Made by a program: the position numbers and the translations under genes. This document shows, one piece after another, positions 38,401 to 50,400 of a DNA stretch of 64,000 nt (its first letter is position 1; each line of letters opens with the position of its first letter). The notes beneath the pieces are model-generated. The model worked only from the letters and a program-made list of their open reading frames with translations, was not told the origin of the DNA and made no database searches. The stretch comes from Hemiscyllium ocellatum (lineage: Eukaryota), in assembly GCF_020745735.1 (NCBI RefSeq), contig NC_083410.1:3880117-3944116 (forward strand), in the 5' to 3' direction.

Positions 38401-41400
38401 TCTTACATGTATCTGAGATCTCTCAGCACATTTGTTCCACAATTTTCTCCTGACTATGTAGGGGCTGGGGGCTGTGTTAAAGTCCAATCCTATAAAGGTC
38501 ATAATACCTTTTATATTTCTAATTTCAACCCTTATACTTTCAGTGGAGGATTTTTCAGAAATATTTTCTCTAGTTACAGCAATAACATTCCTGTATTTCC
38601 TTGGGCAGTGTCTCTGTATTTCCCTGGGGGTGTTTTTGTTGCTGCTGCCAGTTTCAGGCCAGGCTGATGGAGATGGTAGACTGGATTCGGAGATGTGTCA
38701 CCTAACACTCGTCAGCATGTGTCCTGGGGTGGGTGATGCCAGCAACAGACAATGGACAATAGGTGCAGGAGTAGGTCATTCTGCCCTTCGAGCCTGCACC
38801 ACCATTCAATATGACCATGGCTGATCACTCTTAATCAGTATCCTGTTCCTGCCTTATCTCCATCACCCTTGATTCCACTATCCTTGAGAGCTCTATCCAA
38901 CTCTTTCTTAAATGAATCCAGAGACTGGGCCTTCACTGCCCTCTGGGGCAGAGCATTCCACACAGCCACCACTCTCTGGGTGAAGAAGTTTCTCCTCATC
39001 TCTGTCCTAAATGGTCTACCCTGTATTTTTAAGCTGTGTCCTCTGGTTCGGCACTCACCCATCAGCGGAAACATGTTTCCTGCCTCCAGAGTGTCCAAAC
39101 CTTTAATAATCGCATATGTCTCAATCAGATCACTTCTCAGTCTTCTAAAGTCAAGGGTATACAAGCCCAGTCACTCCAGTCTTTCAGCGTAAGGTAATCC
39201 TGCCATTCCAGGAATTGACCTCGTGAACCTACGCTGCACTCCCTCAATAGCCAGAATGTCTTTCCTCAAATTTGGAGACCAGAACTGCACACAATACTCC
39301 AGGTGTGGTCTCACCAGGGCATCCTTACAGCCCATCACCAGTTGGATAATGTGCACAAGCAGATGCTAGTGCCTGGAGCAGGCAGTTTGCCATGAAGTCT
39401 CATATTTGTCTCTTTGACAAAGTAAGGCATGTGTTATCACCAGGCTACATTCACCTAGTTTAGTCAGGAGGAGGACTCTGTTGCTGTTTGCCTTCCCCCC
39501 TCCTTCCTTGCCAGTTGACCTTCTCCAGAGTGAAAGTCATTGATGAAGCAGCTGAAGCTGGTTGGGCCAAAGGGCTAAAGGGAACTGCACTGCTCCTGGC
39601 TGAGGTTTGGAGGCTTTACTCATCCAACACAACAGGAACTATTCACTAACCCACACCTCCCTCTGACCTCTCCCAAGTGTTGCAGCCCTCAAGCCCTCGA
39701 CCGTATGCCTCTCGGATGATGCAGTCCAAGTGTAATGAGGCAGACTTGATTTAGGAGCCTAAGATCAAGGAACCCTCAAGGAACCAGTGACCATGGTATG
39801 ATCAAATTCACATGGCAGTTTGAGAGGGAAATGATTGAATGAGCTGAGTAAAGGTAACAACAAAGACATGAAGGAGGAGCTGGCCAGAGTTGATTGGAAA
39901 GGAAGCCCATCATGGAAAGTGCTGGAACAACAATAACAAGAGTTTCTGAGGTTAGTTTTGGAGGCATAGCATACATTCATCCAAAGGAAGAAGAAACATA
40001 CTTAGGGGAGGAAGTCAGCGACACCATAAAAGCAAAATTAAAATGTGGTTAACATTTAGTGAGAAGCCTGTAGAAAACAGCTGATGTTAATCATAAAAGC
40101 AATATGGGGAGGGAGGATGGAATATGAGAGTAAGCTAGCTAGTATATAGAACATAGAACTGTACAGCACAACAATAGGCCCTTCGGCCCATCATGTTGCA
40201 CCAAAGATGATGCCAAATTAAACTAATCCCTTCTGTCTGCCCTCCATTCCTTGTATATTCATGTGCTTCTCTAAAAGTCCCTCAGTAATAAATCAATAAT
40301 AAGTCCCTTAGTAATAAACGAAGAAGATTGCAAGAATTTTGTTTTAGATATCTAAAAGGAAAGAGAGGGACAAAGATGGTCATGCACCATAAGGCTGGGG
40401 ATGTAATAAAGGGAGACGAAGAAATGACAGAGGAATTGACTAGACAGCTTGTATCAATGAAAGACACCAGCGCTTCATCAGAATCAGGGCGGAGGGGTAA
40501 GTTTCATCATTAAGGAGAAGGTGCTGGGGAAGTGGAAAGGTCTGAAAGTGGATAAATTACCTGTACCAGATGGACTATACCTCAGGGTTCTGAAAGAGAT
40601 AGCTGAGGAGAATGAAGAGGCATTGATGGTGATCACTCAGGAATCACAGAAGTCAGGAAAGATCCCAGAGGACTGGAAAATCACTCACGTAACACCCCTG
40701 TGATAAAGACAGTTTCTTAATGAGTAAGGGGATCAAGAATTATACGGAGAAGGCAGGAGATTGGGTTTGCTCTGCCATTTGATCATTGTTAATATGTTTC
40801 TCAATCCCAATGGACCAAATGGCCTTATTCTGCTGCCTTTTATTCATGATCTTATCTGAGTCCCACTCCAACAGCCTTGAGCACAAAATATTCTCTGAAG
40901 CTGTCGGTTAGTACAATGTCTCATGAAAGAACAAAGCTCAGGAGTTGGTTTCTGATTAGTGACTGGAATCCACAACAACTATTGATTATAGCCATGAAAT
41001 TTTATCACGACTTCTTTTTCAAGTGATTTTTTTTTAGGTTTCTTATCTGTTCTGATCTCAGTTATTTTCTATTCACAGGTCAGGATACAAGGCCAGTTCT
41101 TATCCAATCTCCTAAAACTGTGACAGTGAATCATGGTGGGACAGTAACATTTCGCTGTGATTTGCGAAGCAGTAATGTCAGTTACACCGTGGACATATAT
41201 GATGTACACTGGCACCATTCCCAACACGGGCCAGTCATATTGACGCATTTTGCAGACGGAGGTGTTCACCGATCGAGAGGATTCTCTGAGCGGTTTCAGC
41301 TTTCCAGAGAAGTAACCAGTAACAGCTTCATTCTGACCATCAGAGAGCTGCAGCTCAGTGACACCAATACCTACATCTGTGAGATTTGGAACCATATCTT

Positions 41401-44400
41401 TGGGAAAGGGACACTGCTGAATGTGGTCAGTAAGTACTCTCTAATACAATATCGATTTGATTCCCAGTGACTTGACCATGAATGCATCCTCTTTAATTTA
41501 ACATTTTAGAAACTTTATAACAGACCCAGGCTTGGACTCTCAAACCCCTCCACAAGCTCTTGGCCATTCACCCCCGGGTTCTCAGCCCATTCCCTCCCAT
41601 ACCCTGTCAGCTCACTGCCCTGGATCACAGACCATTCCACTGGCTCCTGCCAATCAGTCAGGGAGTGACAGTTAGGGAGTGACAATGAGGGAGTGATAGA
41701 TAGGGAGTGATAGAGAGAGAGGGAGAGATAGACAGGGATTGACAGAGAGGAAGTGATAGGGAGTGACAGGGAGAGAGCAGGTGACAGGGAGGGAGGGATA
41801 GAGAGGGAGTGAGAGAGGGAGTGACAGAGAGGGGACGAGTGACAGAGAGGAGGTGAATTTCAGTGAAATGTAAAGAATCACATGCAGCCACTTTAGCAGC
41901 TGCTGTTAAAAGGAAAGCACATCAGGTCAGCGTGAGAGTTCACTGCTGGGAGGGTAAAGAGTCAGATGGGTAAAGGTAAAGTTTAGGAATTGTCTAAAAT
42001 AATCTGTTTCTCATTAATGAGAATCCACAACTACTGATAAAATCCAAAAGATGCCTGTGGGGAGAGTGCCAGATAAGAAGGGTGCCATCTTATTAGGTTA
42101 CAAACTGGAAATGTGTTGGGCTGCCATGAACATAAGGGGCCAGGTGAGTAATGTGTAACTGGGTCAAGGCTAGGGTGACAGGTGGTAGTGGGCCCCGTGG
42201 GTAGAGGATTCAGATGTAGAGTTGGGGAAAAGAGAACAGATGCAGGAAATGGGGAAGTGGGTTGGGGAAGAGCGGGGGAAATGGGCCAGGATCCAAGGGG
42301 GTCAGGTTTCAGGTTCTGTCTGGGAGGTATTGGGGATCTGGGGCTGCATGAGGTAAGAATGTGGACTACTGAATAGTTACTCTGTCAGTAGATTATGTGC
42401 TTAATATTCCAATTTTTCACAGGTAGTTGAGGAGAATGTTGAGGCATTGGTGGTGACCATTCAGGAATCACAGGAATCAGGGAGGGTTGCAGAGGATTGA
42501 AAAATCACTGATGTAACACCCTTGTGATAGACAGATTCTTAATGAGTAAGGGGATCAAGGATTATAGGATAAAGGCAGGAAAATGAGATTGAGAAACACA
42601 TCAGCAATGATCGATTGGTAGAGCAGATTCAATGGACCGAATGGCCTTATTCTGCTCCTCTATTTTCATGGTCTTTTTGTCTGAGTCCCACTCCACAGCC
42701 TTGAGCACAAAATACTCTCTGAAGCTGTCGGTTAGTACAAGGCAAAGTGAAAGAACAAAGTTCAGGAATTGTCTAAAATAATCTGTTTCTCATTAATGAG
42801 AATCCACAACTACTGATAAAATCCAAGAGATTTTGTTATGGCTTTGTTTCCAAGAGCTTATTTTTGAGGTTTCTCATCTGTTCTGATCTCAGTTATTTTC
42901 TATTCACAGAAAATACATGGCCAGTGCTTATCCAATCCCCTGAAGCAGTGACAGTGACTGAGGGTGGGACAGTAACATTTCACTGTGATTTGCGAAGCAG
43001 CAATGTCGATTACACCGTGGACATATATGATGTACACTGGCACCATTCCCAAGACGGGCCGGTCTTATTGACACATTTCACAGGCGGCGGTGTTTCTCGA
43101 TCAAGAGGATTCTCTGAGCGGTTTCAGCCTTCCAGAAATGTGTCCAGTAACAGCTTCATTCTGACCATCACAGAGCTGCAGCTCAGAGACACCAATACCT
43201 ACATCTGTGAGATTTGGGGGAACGTCTTTGGGAAAGGGACCCGGCTGAATGTGACCAGTAAGTATTCTCTAATACAGTATTGATTTGATTGCCAGTGATT
43301 TCACCATGGAAGCATCTTGTTTAAATGTACATTTTATAAACTTTGTAACAGACCCAGTCCCAAACTCTCAATCCCCTCCACAACCTCTTGGCACCTCCCC
43401 CGGTTCCTCAGCCCATTCCCTCCTAAACCCTGTCCCCAGCAGAAGTAGCACACTCAGCTCATTGCCCTGGATCACAGACCATTCCCCTGGCTCCTGCCAG
43501 TCAGTCAGGGAGTGACAGGGAGGGCGTGACAGGGAGGGAGTGAATTTCAGTGAAATGTAACGAATCACATGCAGCCACTTTAGCAACTACTGTCAAAAGG
43601 TAAATACATCAGATCAGTGTGAGGGTTCACTGCTGGGAGGGCAAGGAGTCAGATAGGTAAAGGTAAGTAGGATGCCAGGTGAGGAGAGTGCCAGATAAGA
43701 AGGGTGTCATCTTATTAGGTTACTAATTAGAAATGTGTTTGGCTGCTATGTTCCTAAGGGGCCAGGTGGGTAGTGCGTAACTGGGTCAGGGCGAGGGTGA
43801 CAGTGGTAGTGGGCCCCGTGGGAAGAGGATTCAGATGCAGAGTTGGGGAAAAGAGAACTGATGCAGGGAATGGGGGAAATGATTTGGGGAAGAGCAGGGG
43901 AAATGGGCTAGGATCCAAGGGGGTCAGGTTTCAGGTTCTGTGCTGGGAGTTGTCAGGGATCTGGGGATGTATGCGGTAAGAGTGTGGTCTGCTGAATAGT
44001 TACTCAGGAATTAAATTTTGTATTTAATATTCTATTTTTTCCCAAGCAATATTTTAATTGGAAACCACATAATTCTTTGATTTAAATGGAGACTTTCAGA
44101 ACACTCAAAAATGAGGGAATTCCCCAACAGAAGTTTCAAACTCTCAAGCAAATCCCAGAGAGTCTGCCACATGGGGATTCCACATGGTACCTGGACCTTG
44201 AGCTACACTGGAATAATGCCTGTCTGGTTATTCGACAATCAGAGCCACATTTTCATGAGTATTCAAGTGAAAAATATTCACAGTTCATGGATCAAAACTG
44301 AACAACAGCAGTTATGTTAAACCGAAACACTTGTCTTAGAGGGATACTTTCACTGGATGTGAATTGTTGTAATGGGATGGCCATAGAGTCATGGGCTCAT

Positions 44401-47400
44401 ACAGCCTGGAAACAGGTCTTTCAATCCAACTCGTCCATCCTGACCAAATTTCCCGAACTAAACAAATCTTACTTGCCAGCGTTTGATCCATATCCCTTTA
44501 AACGTTTTTTGTTCATGTATCTATCCAAATGTCTTTTAAATGTTGGATCTCTACCTGCATTTACCATTCCTTCCAGCAGTTAATTCCACTACAAACCATC
44601 CTCTGTGTGAAAAATATTCCTTCTGGATTGCTTTTTAATATTTTTCCTCTATCCTTAAAAGTGTGCCCCTTTATTTTGAACTGACACATCCTTTGAAAAA
44701 GACCTTCCTACAGAAAACCTTAGGGTTTTCCTTGATCCTATCTGCCAAAGGCTTCTCATGTCCCATCCTGGATTTTCTTCACTCTCTTTAGGTCTTCCCA
44801 AACTAACTTGTAACTCTTCAAGTGCCCTAATGGATCCTTCACATCTCATCCTAGCATAAGCCTTCTTTTTTCTTGTGACAAGAGATTCACCTTCTTTAGT
44901 AAACCACAGCTCCCTCGCTCATCCACTTCCTCCCTGCCTGAAAGGTAAATATTTGTCAAGGAGACGCAGTAGCTATTCCTTGAATAAGCTCCACATTACA
45001 ATTGTTCCATCTCCTGTAGTTTCCTTCACCAGCCTGTGCATCATAAATCTTGCTTAATTGCATCATCATTGCCTTTCCCCCAGCTATAACTCTTGTCCTG
45101 TGGTACATATCTATCCCTTTCCATCACTAAATTAAATGTAACCAAATTGTGGTCACTATCACCAAAGTTCTCACCTACCTCCAAATCTAACTCCTGGCTA
45201 GGTTCATTACCCAGCACCATACTTGAACGATAATATTTCCAGTCAATATTTGGAAAGTTAAAGACCCCATAACAATTATATTGTTACTCTTGTTCCTATC
45301 CAGATCATCTTTTATCCTTTCCTCTATATCTCTGGGACTATTCGGAGGCCTATAGAAAACTCTCAATAGGGTGACTTCTCCTTTCCTGTTTCTAACCGCA
45401 GTCCATGCTACCTCAGTAGACGAGTCCTGAAAATGCCTTTCTGCTATCATAATACTGACCTTGACTAACAATGCCACATCTCTCCTTTTTTAACTATCTG
45501 CCCTATTCTTTCTGAAACATCGGAATCCCGGAACCTGCAAAAATCATTCCTGTCCCTGCTCTATCCATGTGTCCAAAATGGCCACAACATCAAAGTCCCA
45601 GTTACCAACCCAAGCTGCAAGTCCAGCCACCTTATTCCAGATGCTCCTGATGTTGAAGTAGACACACTTCAAACCACTTTCCTGCTTGCTGGTAAACTCT
45701 TGTGACCTTAAAACCTTATTTCTGACCTCACTACTCTCAACTTGCTGGACATGGGAAACAATTTATGCTCCCATCACCCTGCTGAATTAGTTTAAACTCT
45801 CCAGAAGAGCATTAGCAAATGTACCCCCTGCCAAGGATATTGGTACTTCTCTGATTGAGGCGTAGACTATCCTGTTTGTAGAGGTCCTAACCACCCCAGA
45901 CTAAGCCTCAATTATCCAGGTATCTGAAGCCCTCCCTCCTGTACCATCCCTGTAGCCACATGTTCAACCCTGCTCTCTCCTTATTCCTCGCCTCACCAGC
46001 ACGTGGCACAGGTGACAACAAGAGATAACAACTCTGTTTGTCCTGGCTCTATACTTCCACCCTAGCTCCCTGAATTCTACCTAAATCCTCATCCCTTTTC
46101 CTACCTATGTTGTTAGTTCCTATGCGGACCACGACTTGGGGCTGCTTCCCCCTCCCCCACAGGATCCCAAAAACACAATCCCAGATATCATGAATGCTGG
46201 CACCTGGGAAGCAACATACCAACTATGAGCCTCTCTTGTTCCTACAGAATCTCCTATCTATCCCCATAACTATGGAGTCCCAATGACTAATGCTCTGCTC
46301 CTCCTTCACCTTCCCTTCTGAGCAACAAGGTAATAAAGTGATCCTTGAGTCTTTCAGATAAGGCTGCTTGATTGTAGATTGAGAATTCACCCATGGTAAC
46401 GTGATCTGATATGTCTTTCATTAAATATTTGAGATATTTAACAAGCTTTAGATTAATTTTAAATTACTCAGTTTTTCTGTTAAAGGTGCAAATGTCCCAG
46501 TCCTTCTCCAGTCACCAATCCTGGAATGTGTCACCGAGGATCACACTGCCCGGTTACAGTGCACAGTGATAAATGCCACAGTGACACACACCGATGTTCA
46601 CTGGTACCGGGAACAACCAGAGAATAACACGGTGTGGGTTTTAACACATGACGTGAGGAATATGAAACAATGGAGTTCAGGATTCACTGAGAGGTTCCAG
46701 TCTTCCAGAGAGCCCTCCAGTAACAGCTTCATTCTGACCATCACAAACGTGCAGCCCAGTGACACTGGGGTCTATTATTGTAAAGTGTGGGGAGATATCA
46801 GTGGGAATGGAACCCAGCTGACTGTAACAGGTAAGTCCTGTTTCTATGAAACTAATTGATCTCTGATTGTGTGGGTGATGGACAGGCTGGGATTGGGGAT
46901 CATTTAAAATATTTTTTTAATTGTTGTTATTGTCTCAAGATGTTTTGAAAAAGTCTCAAAGATAACCATTTTTACTCAAGCTTTACAGTGTTTACAACAA
47001 ATGAAATGAACAATTTTTAATCTTTCTTTGTCCTTATTGGGAGCGATCCCCTCCTTATTTGCTTGGATTGGTTGTGGGGAGTCTGTTTGTCTGGGGGACA
47101 CTCCTCGGGAAAGGGCAGTGCAGTCTGTGTCTCTCCACTCGTGTGTGAAGAAGGGCTTTGGACTGAAGCCCCTTGAGGGAGGGAACTAGCTGCTTCAGGA
47201 ATTCTGGATGGTTCTCATCCTATTCAGCAAGGCCCACTCTGTGCGGGAGCTCCAAGGCAGCCATTTGACAGATGGCCTTTGACACAAAGGGAGAATCGGT
47301 CAGTGATATCCCACTATCTCTATCTCTTTAATCTGAAGGACATCTTGTTGGTGGACCTTGCTTGGGAATGTTGCTCTGTACGGAGCACCCTGATGTAGAG

Positions 47401-50400
47401 GGATCACCAAGTGGATCTTTGTGGAGTCCAGAAAGGAGAGGGAGCACAGATCACTTCATCCAGCTTGTGGGTTTTCATCAGTCACCAGAGGTGTCAGGAA
47501 GAGGGAGAGAAGTTTGTGAGGACAGGAGGCTGGGGGAGATCTGTTGACAAAAAGGTTCTGTTAACAAAGCATATTGTTACCTTCAATGTACTGTCAGGGA
47601 GACATGGGAGAAGATGCAGAGGGTCAGACAGATGCCCAGTAGCCTGTTGTGTAGAGGCTCACATCCTCAATCAGTGCTATGCTTCCACTCACTCTCACTT
47701 TAATTCTCACGTCCACTCTGACCTCAACCTCAAACACTGTTTCAAAGAAATTCAATCAGCTCCAGGGAAACCATTTCATCATTTGACCCGAGATTTTACA
47801 AATCAGCAAACTCAACCTTGATCAGGATTAAATATAGTCAGATCTGTAATAATGCAGGAGTTCCATTTTTATGTTATAAGAAAATCACACAATAGTAGCA
47901 CCATTTAAACTAATGAGGCTGGAATTGTGTTATAACCAATACACACATTAAAAGTTCACACTGTAGATACAATGTCCCCAATTTGGCAATCGTATTATAG
48001 AGAATTTGCATTAACAAAATGCAGGTTAGAGCAGAACAACCTGTACATCTGTCATCTAACCTCAGATGGAATCATTGATGGCCTTATTTCTGGAAATCCT
48101 GATAAAATCCTTGACTCTGTTGCCTCTTGGCTCTGAACAGCAGATGTGTATCATGATGAAATGTGACCCTCTTTTTATTCCAAAATGCTGAGTCACCAGA
48201 GTGATTACCTTGATCTTGCTCTGCACTTTATAACACTTCAGTGTCTCTAGTGGATATTATAAACTCTATAAGGACACCCCTGAGCCTTTGGTCCCCCAGG
48301 GAAAACTGCCCCAGGCTATTCAGCCTCTCCCTCGCGATCAAACCCTCCAGCTCTGACAACATCATCATAAATCTTTTCTGAACCCTTTCAAGATTCACAG
48401 CATACTTCCAATGAGATCAGTATTGGATCCACTGTTTTAGTAGTGGCCTAATAATGTCATGTACAGCTGCAACATGACCTTCCAACTCCTATACCCAATG
48501 CACTATGAACCTGCACTCCAAAGTCTCTTTGTTCAGCAACACTCCCCAGGACCTTACCATTAAGTGTATACGTCCTGCCCAGGAAAGAAACAGCGACACC
48601 TTACCAAAATGCAGCACCACACACATTTATCTAAATTAAACTCCACCTGCCACTCCTCAGTCCATTGGCCCATCTGATCATGATCCTGTTGAAATCTGAG
48701 ATAATCTTTTTTTTGCTGTCCACTACACCTCCAATTTATATAAATGATTTGGCTGTGAATATAGGAGAACCATACCTCCTATATTCACAGCTAAATAATT
48801 TATATAAATTATGAAAAGCAGTGGAACCAGGACTGATCCTTATGGCAGACCACTGCTCAACAGGCCTCCATTTTGAAAAGCAACCCTCAACAACCACCCT
48901 GTGTTCAATCTTTGAGCCAGTTCAGTATCCAAATTGCATGCCCTGTAGTCCATATGATCTAACCTTGCTAAACAGTATACCATGAGGAACCTTGCGGAAT
49001 GGTTTACTGAAGTCCATATAGATCACATCCACCTCTCTGCCCTCATCAATCATTTCATTACTTCAAAAAACTCAAATGAAGTTCATGAGACATGATTTCC
49101 CATGCACAAAACCAAGTTGACTATCCTGAATCAGTCTTTGCTTATCCAAATATACATACATCCTGTCCTCAGGATTCCCTCCAAAGACTTGCCCACCACT
49201 GATGTCAGGCTCACTGGTGTATAGTTTCCTGGCTTTACCTTGCCACCTTTCTGAAATAGTAGCATCACATTAGCCAACCTCCAGTCTTCCAGCACCTAAT
49301 CAGTGGTCATCAATACAAATATAACAGCAAGGGGCCTAGAAATCATTTCCCTAGCTTCCCACAGAGTTCGAAAGTACATCTGATCTGATCCTGGGGATTT
49401 ATCCAGCTTTATGCATTTTAAGACATTCAGTACCTCCTCCTCAGTAACATTGGTATTTATCAAGGTGTCGTTATTTCTTTCCCCACATTCTCCATCTTCC
49501 ATATTCTTCTCCATAATGACTGCTGATGCAAAATAGCCATTTAGTTTCTTCCACATCTCCCACGATTTCCATACCTAGATGACTTTGCTGATCTTTAAAG
49601 TTTTCCTATTCTCTCCCTAGTTACTCCCTAGTATTTATAAAATCCCTTTGGATTCTTGTTAACCCTATTTGCCAAAGGCAGCTCATGTCCCCTTTTTGCC
49701 CTCCTGATTTCCCTGATAAGTTTCCACCTTGAACACTCTCATTGCTGAATGACTTCAATTTCTCTGGACATTTGTCCGTTTCCAGGAACTAATTTTTATT
49801 TTGTTGTGAATGTCTTGTGAACACACAGTAGTTTCTTTAGTCGCCAACTCCCGAGAACTCTGTGGGAAGCTAGAGAAGTGGTTGCTGGGCCTCTTGCTGA
49901 GATATTTGTATTATTGATAGCCACAGGTGATGTACCGGAAGACTGAAGGTTGGCAAATGTGGTGCCACTGTTTAAGAAGGGTGGTAAGGACAAGCCAGGG
50001 AACTATAGACCAGTGAGCCTGACCTCGGTGGTGGGCAAGTTGTTGGAGGGAATCCTGAGGGACAGGATTTACATGTATTTGGAAAGGCAAGGACTGATTT
50101 GGGATAGTCAACTTGGCTTTGTGCGTGGGAAGTTATATCTCACAAACTTGATTGAGTTTTTTGATGAAGTAATAAAGAAGATTGATGAGGGCAGAGCAGT
50201 AGATGTGATCTATATGGATATCAGTAAGGCGTTCGACAAGGTTCCCCATGGGAAACTGATTAGCAAGGTTAGATCTCATGGAATACAGGGAGAACTAGCC
50301 ATTTGGATATAGAACTGGCTCAAAGGTAGAAGACAGAGGGTGGTGGTGGAGGGTTGTTTTTCAGACTGGAGGCCTGTGACCAGTGGAGTGCCACAAGGAT

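Noticed and set aside
38600-38690. Hydrophobic [16 protein letters not shown] stretch as a nearer leader for V1
   Set aside because: No in-frame ATG nearby and no good GT donor after VS-G. It adjoins minus-strand CR1 endonuclease remnants. Kept only as a fallback.
46562-46583. Two CACAGTG heptamers inside V3, and another at 62498 with ACAA 12 bp downstream
   Set aside because: No acceptable nonamer at 12 or 23 bp spacing (best 4/9). They lie in the wrong place for V-J joining and are explained by C-T-V/A-T-V codons.
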